IMG/VR virus record: IMGVR_UViG_3300001149_000009
Location: 1-6,136 of that record
Length of the DNA: 6,136 nt
Source of the DNA: a virus
Taxonomy: Duplodnaviria; Heunggongvirae; Uroviricota; Caudoviricetes
Reading direction: 5' to 3' (one strand)
This document shows, in pieces, positions 1 to 5,623 of the stretch (its first letter is position 1; each line of letters begins with the position of its first letter). Made by a program: the position numbers and the translations under genes. The notes beneath the pieces were generated by a model. The model saw only the letters and a list, made by a program, of their open reading frames with translations. It did no database searches and was not told where the DNA came from.

Positions 1-92
1 AACTTGAAAATGATGAAACCCCTTTCAATTTCAAACCATCTCTACCCAAAAAGCTTGACAAAAAAAGAGATAAGGGTGCGGGCATTATCATC

Positions 93-623
93 ATGGAAGA
101 TTATTTTGCACCAAACAGCCGAGAAAATTTTATTTGCTTAGCCATGGAAAAACTAAATAGTAAAGCCATGCTAAAACAAGATGCCTTTAGAACATCATTT
201 TTTAAATCAATGCTAGCTTTCCGCGACTCAATAAATTATATCGACGTCAGATATTATTTATTATTCTCGGCACTAGAAGCACTTTGCAGATTTATTAAAA
301 ATGACTACTCCCCTGCCAAAACACCACAAATAATCACTCAGGTTTTAAAAGAATATGGTTTTAATGTCGAAAAAACAGGACATACATTAGCTCAAAGAAA
401 CATTATGCATTACTGCAAACTCCGTCACTCGCTGTTCCACAATGGTAAATACATTGCCTATCTTGATGAAAAAAACTCAGATGGCAAAATTGAAATTCAA
501 GATTACTCATCAAATTTGAATTTACTGGTGCCACTTGTACTAATGAAATTCATAGGATTTGATGACAATTATATAAACTGGGACTCATGGATTGATAGGA
601 ATCCATTTATCAGTAAAAAGTAA
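93..623 (+). CDS. Hypothetical protein encoded by an AT-rich cargo (moron) gene beside the tail completion gene S; possible HEPN-like fold (R-x4-H motif). True start may lie upstream of the window.
   Basis: ATG at 93 to TAA at 621-623, 176 aa. Counted 60-nt stretches (121-180, 181-240) are ~30% G+C versus 63-67% in sampled phage-gene stretches. Opposite strand to the late operon, convergent with S (stop 650-652). Motif LRHSLFHNG (R111-x4-H116) preceded by QRNIMH. No family recognised by eye. No in-frame stop between position 3 and the ATG at 93, and only a weak, distant purine run (aaggg, ~16 nt upstream) as a ribosome-binding site, so the gene may be 5'-truncated by the window edge. Confidence 0.6.
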   Translation: MEDYFAPNSRENFICLAMEKLNSKAMLKQDAFRTSFFKSMLAFRDSINYIDVRYYLLFSALEALCRFIKNDYSPAKTPQIITQVLKEYGFNVEKTGHTLAQRNIMHYCKLRHSLFHNGKYIAYLDEKNSDGKIEIQDYSSNLNLLVPLVLMKFIGFDDNYINWDSWIDRNPFISKK

Positions 624-649
624 ACTAAATTTTATAAATGTGGTTTTAT

Positions 650-1096
650 TTATCTCTGTAACCAATTTAGCAAAGCATCCTGAATGACAGTTTCCACATC
701 ATCATTTACACCAAGAAGGCGACGCTCTGCGTAACGGACCTCTGGCCCTTTACGACTGACGCGATCACGCAGGCCGTAATGGTGAACGCGGGCAATGCGC
801 TGCACCTTACCTTCAAACTGCACGCTGGCAGAATTGGCGCTGGCGGTAGTTTGAAGGTATTTGGTGGTGCGCAGCTTTGTAAACATCTGACGTTTGATGC
901 GCCCCTTTTTGCTGCGTGCTGTTACCCTACGCGGTTCATAACTGCTGCCATCTGGATTGCGCTGCATCCTGATGTTCTGCTGCTGTGTCCGGCGCAGTTC
1001 CTGCGCCAGCTGACGCATCATGCGGCTTCTTGTGGCTGGCTCCAGATTCGCCAGCAAAGCACTCAGCCAGTCGTCCACCTTCTGCAGTTCAGCCAC
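650..1096 (-). CDS. S: Tail completion protein S (P2 gpS-like)
   Basis: 148-aa ORF (MAELQKVDDWLSALLANLEPATRSRMMRQLAQELRRTQQQNIRMQRNPDGS...) that I recognise as P2 gpS family. It follows R in P2 order and its start overlaps the R stop (1089-1091) by 8 nt. Stop TAA at 650-652. Confidence 0.85.
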   Translation of the reverse strand: MAELQKVDDWLSALLANLEPATRSRMMRQLAQELRRTQQQNIRMQRNPDGSSYEPRRVTARSKKGRIKRQMFTKLRTTKYLQTTASANSASVQFEGKVQRIARVHHYGLRDRVSRKGPEVRYAERRLLGVNDDVETVIQDALLNWLQR

Positions 1097-1520
1097 GTTT
1101 CACCGTCCACATTTCTTCAGGTTCATCGGGCTCTGCTACAGCTTCAACGCTCGACACACTGCCGTCAGTGCTGACCAGCACACGCTCCGTCAGTTGCAGG
1201 TTAAGGCTGATATCACAGACATCGTTGCGCAGAATATCCACCTCAAAGGTGAATAACTTTTCCCGTAACGCCGGATTATTGATGGCATCGGGCTGGTTAT
1301 CCCGCAGCCACAGCAAGACCGGGGCCATCAGCAGATTCTGGTCGCCGCTGAAATCCTCAATCACCGCGTTCAGGGTGTAACGGTACTCCCATGACATGGA
1401 GCTGGCCCCCGTGGCAACCAGCGAACCGTTATCCACAAACAGATGCAGTTTATCCGGGTTATTACGGACATAAGGCACTGCTTTATTGAGGGCGTGGCGC
1501 AGGGATTGTGGTTTGTTCAC
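1089..1520 (-). CDS. R: Tail completion protein R (P2 gpR-like)
   Basis: Translation ...VNKPQSLRHALNKAVPYVRNNPDKLHLFVDNGS...LLMAPVLLWLRDNQPD... resembles P2 gpR as I recall it. The ORF-track start at 1541 is a TTG codon. I prefer the in-frame GTG at 1520..1518, which has an AGGAG Shine-Dalgarno 7 nt upstream. Start is uncertain (1520 vs 1541); either overlaps the 3' end of lysC. Confidence 0.78.
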   Translation of the reverse strand: MNKPQSLRHALNKAVPYVRNNPDKLHLFVDNGSLVATGASSMSWEYRYTLNAVIEDFSGDQNLLMAPVLLWLRDNQPDAINNPALREKLFTFEVDILRNDVCDISLNLQLTERVLVSTDGSVSSVEAVAEPDEPEEMWTVKRG

Positions 1521-1773
1521 TGTTTCGCTCCTGACACGCAATAATCATGTCTACTTTGTCTGCACAGACCGCCCAGGCGGCCTCCGTTTCATCCAGCAAT
1601 GCGTTCAGATCACCGTTATTGTGTGGCGCTGCCTGATCCAGCTGACACGGCGTCACTCGCGGACAACCACTGACGGTAAGCTGCACCTCCGGTGAGTGCC
1701 GGACGTTCCCGCAGCCGGATAATGTCAGCAGGCAAAGGAGTATCAGCCCAGCGGCGTAAATCCTCGTTCTCAC
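1483..1773 (-). CDS. lysC: LysC / Rz1-like outer-membrane lipoprotein (o-spanin), starting inside lysB in another frame
   Basis: 96-aa ORF starting at GTG 1773..1771 with a GAGGAA Shine-Dalgarno 7 nt upstream. N-terminus MRTRIYAAGLILLCLLTLSGC carries a signal peptide and lipobox (LSG|C). The mature part is Pro-rich with Cys residues. It begins within lysB (1616..2044) and runs past the lysB stop into the start of R, as for P2 lysB/lysC. Confidence 0.75.
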   Translation of the reverse strand: MRTRIYAAGLILLCLLTLSGCGNVRHSPEVQLTVSGCPRVTPCQLDQAAPHNNGDLNALLDETEAAWAVCADKVDMIIACQERNSEQTTIPAPRPQ

Positions 1774-2044
1774 GTTTCAGTTCCTCAATCCGATGTTGTC
1801 GTTGTCTCAGCAGCGCGCTGGTCTGTTCTGCTTCGGCATAGAGCCGCGCCTGCTCCCGGTTATTGGTTTCAGTCAGAATGGACAGGCTGATAAGCTGGCT
1901 GTTGCTCTTTGCCAGTGCCTGACTTTTGCTCCGCAGCTCGTCTGCCTGCGTGCTGATGGTCTGGCTGGCATCAGCCAGCCGCCACGTCTGCCAGCCCAGC
2001 GACGCCAGTAATAACGCCAGCACAACCAGCAGCAACCGGTTCAT
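1616..2044 (-). CDS. lysB: LysB / Rz-like inner-membrane spanin (i-spanin)
   Basis: 142 aa with an N-terminal TMD (MNRLLLVVLALLLASLGWQTW) followed by a charged, coiled-coil-like periplasmic region (ELRSKSQALAKS...RIEELKRENEDLRRW). Its ATG (2044..2042) overlaps the lysA stop TGA (2043..2041) as ATGA. Contains the embedded lysC start. Confidence 0.8.
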   Translation of the reverse strand: MNRLLLVVLALLLASLGWQTWRLADASQTISTQADELRSKSQALAKSNSQLISLSILTETNNREQARLYAEAEQTSALLRQRQHRIEELKRENEDLRRWADTPLPADIIRLRERPALTGGAAYRQWLSASDAVSAGSGSATQ

Positions 2045-2418
2045 GCTGCTACCTGTTGCGCCATCTGGTTACGAGTGATCCAGAAGGCAATAACGGTCAG
2101 CAGATAAAAGACCAGGGTAATGGCCCACCCCGTCCAGGCGAGACTTACGATAATCAGCAATCGCATCACCCAACTGATAAATACGTTTTCTTTTCGGGTA
2201 ATTGTCTTCAGCAAAGATGCCCTTAACTCCTGCCAGAGCGGGCCATTCTTAATTAACGCAGCCAGTGCTACCGGAATTACCGCCCATGTCAGCAAACAGG
2301 CTACCCAAACGCCGGACGCTGCCAGTACCGGAAAAATCCCCTGCGGATACACCATTGCTGCGATTAACAGCGCCATCCATAACATCAGAAACAGTCCGCT
2401 GATTAATTTCTTTTTCAT
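2041..2418 (-). CDS. lysA: LysA-like polytopic membrane protein (candidate antiholin / lysis-timing factor)
   Basis: Preferred start is the ATG at 2418..2416 (MKKKLISGLFLMLWMALLIAAMVY...), which has a GGGAG Shine-Dalgarno upstream and lies 1 nt past the endolysin stop (2422..2420). About 125 aa with about four hydrophobic segments. Position between endolysin and lysB matches P2 lysA. The ORF-track start at 2490 would add 24 implausible residues and overlap the endolysin by 70 nt. Confidence 0.7.
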   Translation of the reverse strand: MKKKLISGLFLMLWMALLIAAMVYPQGIFPVLAASGVWVACLLTWAVIPVALAALIKNGPLWQELRASLLKTITRKENVFISWVMRLLIIVSLAWTGWAITLVFYLLTVIAFWITRNQMAQQVAA

Positions 2419-2419
2419 T

Positions 2420-2932
2420 TCAGTTTGCTCCCTGTAAGCACCAGGCCATCTCCCGCGCACGGCGGTTATCCAGCCCCTGATTAAACACACCTTTTACATA
2501 AACCCAGCGCGGCAACTGTCGGCACGCATCCGCCCAGCGCCGCTGATTGAGCAATTTCACCAGCGTGGAGCTGCAGGCATTGCCCGTCCCCACGTTGAAG
2601 GCAAACGACACCGTAGCGTCATACACCTTCTGTGGTGGCTGTTGCTTCACACACCTTTCCAGTGCCCGCTCCACACGCAGCACGTTGGAGATCAGCCCTT
2701 CTGCTGCCTGTCGTTCCGTGATTGTTTTGCCGGGAATGACGCCCGATGTATTACCAATGCCGTCGGTCCAGACACCCGCGCTGCACTGATACGGCTGCAG
2801 ACGACAGCCTTCGTAATCGGCAATCAGTTTCAGCCCCTCCACGGAGGTGTGAAGCTGCTGAAACCCCGGCAGCGTGGCAGCAATAGCCAGCACGGCCCCG
2901 ACAAGGCAGCGTTTAACGATTGATGGATTCAT
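2420..2932 (-). CDS. SAR endolysin (phage lysozyme/muramidase, T4-lysozyme fold, P21 R-like)
   Basis: 170 aa. The N-terminus MNPSIVKRCLVGAVLAIAATLPGF is a weakly hydrophobic Gly/Ala-rich signal-anchor-release segment. YEGCRLQPYQCSAGVWT fits the E-x8-(D/C)-x5-T lysozyme catalytic motif. FAFNVGTGNACSSTLVKLLNQ and RWVYVKG resemble the P21 R lysozyme family as I recall it. GGGAGG Shine-Dalgarno lies before the ATG at 2932. Confidence 0.88.
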   Translation of the reverse strand: MNPSIVKRCLVGAVLAIAATLPGFQQLHTSVEGLKLIADYEGCRLQPYQCSAGVWTDGIGNTSGVIPGKTITERQAAEGLISNVLRVERALERCVKQQPPQKVYDATVSFAFNVGTGNACSSTLVKLLNQRRWADACRQLPRWVYVKGVFNQGLDNRRAREMAWCLQGAN

Positions 2933-3128
2933 AGTCCTCCCGCGAGATCTGCCCGTCGCGCAGAAGCTGGTAGGCTTTGTGTTTGTAGTACCAGTTGATA
3001 GCCAGCATCAGCACACCGATCATCAGGCCGCCCAGCGTTGAGGCATCCTTGATGGACAAATCGCCCAGCCAGGCCAGCACGACGGCGATGCAATACGTGA
3101 TAAAGGCGCTGATTCGCTCAAGCGTCAT
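2913..3128 (-). CDS. Holin, small two-TMD (class II, possibly pinholin-like)
   Basis: 71 aa with two hydrophobic helices (ISAFITYCIAVVLAWLG and LGGLMIGVLMLAINWYY) and a charged C-terminal tail (KHKAYQLLRDGQISREDYESINR). It lies immediately upstream of the endolysin, overlapping its start by 20 nt. ATG at 3128 is 3 nt past the X stop. Confidence 0.8.
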   Translation of the reverse strand: MTLERISAFITYCIAVVLAWLGDLSIKDASTLGGLMIGVLMLAINWYYKHKAYQLLRDGQISREDYESINR

Positions 3129-3131
3129 AAT

Positions 3132-3335
3132 TCAGTCCCATAGCTGGACGGTCTGCACGGTGGTGGTTGTCGGAATGTCCGGCAGCTCCACCTGCAGCCC
3201 GTGAGGTAAAAAGGGGCCGTATTCGGCAAGCCCCGGATTTGCCTTCAGTACCTGCTCCGTGACACCCTGCGTGCGCCCGTAATGACGCCAGCAAAGTGCG
3301 TCCACCGTGTCATACTGATGCGCACGCACTTTCAT
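3132..3335 (-). CDS. X: Tail protein X (P2 gpX-like)
   Basis: 67 aa (MKVRAHQYDTVDALCWRHYGRTQGVTEQVLKANPGLAEYGPFLPHGLQVELPD...), the same length and position as P2 gpX. Its ATG overlaps the L stop as ATGA (3337..3333). Confidence 0.85.
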   Translation of the reverse strand: MKVRAHQYDTVDALCWRHYGRTQGVTEQVLKANPGLAEYGPFLPHGLQVELPDIPTTTTVQTVQLWD

Positions 3336-3799
3336 CAGATAAGCTCCACTGTGCAGTGCGGCGCATCCTGCACCCGGCTGATGGCCCAGCGGGCGTCACG
3401 CCATAAATCACCGCTTGCTTCCGCCAGTTCCTCGCCTCGCTTCGCACCGGATGCCGTGGCGTCATAGTCCTGGTAACGTTCGTTGAGCATGGCGCGTGCC
3501 CAGCAGTAAACCGCGTTGAAATAGTGCTGAATGCGCTCGCTTTTGCCGTCCAGTTGTTCCGCCGGGACTTCTGCCAGCGAGGCATACCCCAGCATCTGCT
3601 GGCGTCTGCGAAACTCATACAGCTCTGCGTTGACCTCCGAAATTGCCGACAGCGCAACTTGCTTTAAACGCGGCTGCGTCACCGTGCCGTCGGTGCGCAT
3701 GACACTGCGAAACTCCGACAGGTCCACATCAGGCCAGAACGGCGTATTTCTGATGATTTCCGCCTGTTCCGGTGCCTGTTCTGGCGCAACAAACTTCAT
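3335..3799 (-). CDS. L: Head completion/stabilization protein L (P2 gpL-like)
   Basis: Preferred start is the ATG at 3799..3797 (MKFVAPEQAPEQAEIIRNTPFWPDVDLSEFRSVMR...), with an AGGAG Shine-Dalgarno 8 nt upstream. About 154 aa. It sits between M and X as in P2. The ORF-track start at 3862 has no ribosome-binding site. Confidence 0.85.
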   Translation of the reverse strand: MKFVAPEQAPEQAEIIRNTPFWPDVDLSEFRSVMRTDGTVTQPRLKQVALSAISEVNAELYEFRRRQQMLGYASLAEVPAEQLDGKSERIQHYFNAVYCWARAMLNERYQDYDATASGAKRGEELAEASGDLWRDARWAISRVQDAPHCTVELI

Positions 3800-3864
3800 G
3801 CTGCTTTCTCCTGAAATAAAGGGCGGTGGACGGGGTTTTGATGTGGCAGTGCCTTTCGCCACCC

Positions 3865-3889
3865 CGTGCCGCCCGTGCGCGGGGGCACG
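3865..3889 (-). other. GC-rich stem-loop in the M-L intergenic region (possible RNA structure; not a canonical terminator)
   Basis: cgtgcc(g)cccg-tgcg-cggg-ggcacg forms a roughly 10-bp G:C-rich stem with a 1-nt bulge and a 4-nt loop, just downstream of the M stop (3895-3897) and about 65 nt upstream of the L start. There is no U-tract on either strand. Confidence 0.3.
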
Positions 3890-3894
3890 TTCTG

Positions 3895-4545
3895 TCAGCG
3901 GCTGTCATTGCGCAGTCTGCGCTCCAGCTGCTGTTTGTCTTTTTTCACGCCACAGCGGGGATCGAGCTGTAACGCATGGTTGAGATGATTAAGGGCGGAA
4001 GCCGGATTGCTTTCACTCAGGACAGCGCCAATCGCTTTATGCAGACGCGCCCGTGACTGGTCCGGCATATCCAGACCGTCTGTCAGCTCCAGCGTCTGCA
4101 GCAACAGATCGGCATCAAAGCCGGTGGCGGCAAGCATTGCGCTCTGCGCTGCATCTGCCATTTCCTCTGCCAGCACGGTCTGCACGTTGCGGTTACCCAG
4201 CGGCATCACCCAGCCATGACGCAGGGCATGACGCCCGATCTCCAGCGCCCCGGCATAATCTCCGGCATCAATGCGCCACAGCATCACGTACATCAGCACG
4301 TCATCCTGTTGAGCGCCTCCGGCAGCCAGGACGCCCTCCGCCCAGGCGGCATATTTCGGCAGCAGCTCCACCTTTATTTCCGCTTTTTTCACCGTGGACT
4401 GAACGCCCTTGAGACGGCGGCGGTCTTCCGCCAGTTGCAGCAGCATCAGGTCATAGCCCGACGCGTGGCGAACGCTGCCGCCCTCGCGGGCGGCCTGTTC
4501 AGCCTGAACGCGCAGGCGATGCTGCCGTGCGGGACTCAGGCTCAT
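3895..4545 (-). CDS. M: Terminase endonuclease (small) subunit M (P2 gpM-like)
   Basis: 216 aa (MSLSPARQHRLRVQAEQAAREGG...LLPKYAAWAEGVLAAGGAQQDDVLMYVMLWRIDAGDY...). It lies directly downstream of N with a 3-nt gap, has a GGAG Shine-Dalgarno inside the N 3' end, and follows P2 order O-N-M-L. Confidence 0.85.
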   Translation of the reverse strand: MSLSPARQHRLRVQAEQAAREGGSVRHASGYDLMLLQLAEDRRRLKGVQSTVKKAEIKVELLPKYAAWAEGVLAAGGAQQDDVLMYVMLWRIDAGDYAGALEIGRHALRHGWVMPLGNRNVQTVLAEEMADAAQSAMLAATGFDADLLLQTLELTDGLDMPDQSRARLHKAIGAVLSESNPASALNHLNHALQLDPRCGVKKDKQQLERRLRNDSR

Positions 4546-4548
4546 GGT

Positions 4549-5607
4549 TTACGCTCCGGCTTCTGCTGCGGCGGCGCTGAAGTCGCCAATCTGGAGGTTT
4601 TCCACCAGTGCGGCGCAGCGGTAGTCCTCAACCACGTAGGCTTCGTTAACGGATTCAAAATTTTCAATCCGGTCACGTTTCGGGTTGTCGATAACTGAAC
4701 GGCGGCGGGTGTCTTCCTGCCAGTAGATGGACAAGTTATCCAGACGGGTGATCAGCAGCGCATTCGGCGGGAAGAACGGCGCACGCACGGCCTGCAGACC
4801 GCCCATGCGTTTCTGACTGATAATCATATCGGCTGCCAATTTTTCACTGTTTTCCTGCTCTTTGTTGACCAGCGGGAAATACTTGTCAGACAGCAGTTCA
4901 CGACCGCAAATCACCACCAGATCGTCATCGTCCTGGTAGACCACGTCGATAAGCTCATTGACCGCATCCATCACCACAGCGTCCAGGTTGGCATATTCGC
5001 CACCTTTCCCGACTTTCACCGCACCCGGTGTGGTTTCGCCGCCCGCGGTGGTGCTGCCCATGACGTGATCCGGTGCATCCTCACGGATTTTCTGCAGCCA
5101 GCCTTTATTCACATCCTGCAGCAGCGGGTTTTCACTACGGTTGGAGGTTTTCGCACGCTTCACGCCGTTAAAGCCGATCATGATGCGGTCCAGTGCCTGA
5201 CGTTTCACGATGGCGTCACGGATACGCACCTGGAAATCCTGAAACTTCGCCCACAGGTCCAGCTTCGCGTAGGTCAGCACCGTGTCAAAGTTGGTCTGCT
5301 CGCATTTATATTCCACATCGACCATCAGCGTCGGATCGACAGGTTCACGCTCTTTCGCAGTGGTGTCAGTGGTTCCGGCAATGGTGCTGCCAACACCCAG
5401 CCCCAGCAGCTGACCGGACTGCTCAGTCACTGGCGTGACGTTAATCAGCGTCAGGAATGCGGCGGACTGCTGGATCTGGTCTTCCAGCGTCTGCTGCACA
5501 GACGGCTCTACAGTGAACTTGCTGGACAGTTCTTCAACGGCCACACCGTTCAGACGCGCCAGCTGCTGCAGGTAAGCGTTAAAAGCAAAGCGGGTATTCT
5601 TCTTCAT
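4549..5607 (-). CDS. N: Major capsid protein N (P2 gpN-like)
   Basis: 352 aa, close to the P2 gpN length (about 357 aa as I recall). Translation MKKNTRFAFNAYLQQLARLNGV...VMDAVNELIDVVYQDDDDLVVICGRELLSDKYFPLVN... matches the P2-family capsid protein as I recall it. It lies 16 nt downstream of the O stop. Confidence 0.9.
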   Translation of the reverse strand: MKKNTRFAFNAYLQQLARLNGVAVEELSSKFTVEPSVQQTLEDQIQQSAAFLTLINVTPVTEQSGQLLGLGVGSTIAGTTDTTAKEREPVDPTLMVDVEYKCEQTNFDTVLTYAKLDLWAKFQDFQVRIRDAIVKRQALDRIMIGFNGVKRAKTSNRSENPLLQDVNKGWLQKIREDAPDHVMGSTTAGGETTPGAVKVGKGGEYANLDAVVMDAVNELIDVVYQDDDDLVVICGRELLSDKYFPLVNKEQENSEKLAADMIISQKRMGGLQAVRAPFFPPNALLITRLDNLSIYWQEDTRRRSVIDNPKRDRIENFESVNEAYVVEDYRCAALVENLQIGDFSAAAAEAGA

Positions 5608-5623
5608 CGGGTTTTGTGCTCCA

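Noticed and set aside
55-60. Perfect TTGACA hexamer as a possible -35 promoter element for the cargo ORF
   Set aside because: There is no acceptable -10 hexamer 16-18 bp downstream (gcgggc-like sequence there), and the site would be only about 30 nt from ATG 93. In 30%-GC DNA such hexamers occur by chance, and the frame is open through it, so it may simply be coding sequence.
10-152. Small ORF beginning with the tandem ATG ATG at 10-15 in a different frame from the cargo ORF
   Set aside because: It is 47 codons, overlaps the start of the much longer cargo ORF, and has no ribosome-binding site. It is likely a chance ORF in AT-rich sequence.
634-649. Short A/T inverted repeat (ataaa...tttat) between the convergent cargo and S genes as a bidirectional terminator
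   Set aside because: It has only about 5 A:T base pairs with no G:C content. The predicted stability is too low to call a terminator from sequence alone.
2419-2490. N-terminal extension of the LysA-like gene to 2490
   Set aside because: It would overlap the endolysin by 70 nt. The ATG at 2418 has a GGGAG Shine-Dalgarno and sits 1 nt past the endolysin stop, typical of coupled phage genes.
3310-3657. Minus-strand 115-aa ORF overlapping gene L in another frame
   Set aside because: It is wholly contained in the L/X region. Its translation is Arg/Cys/Trp-rich with no recognisable features, and it is the product of an alternative frame of GC-rich coding DNA.
3800-3862. N-terminal extension of gene L to the ORF-track start at 3862 (MAKGTATSKPRPPPFISGESS...)
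   Set aside because: The internal ATG at 3799 has a well-spaced AGGAG Shine-Dalgarno and begins a typical protein N-terminus. The extension is Pro-rich, has no ribosome-binding site, and would span the GC-rich intergenic hairpin.
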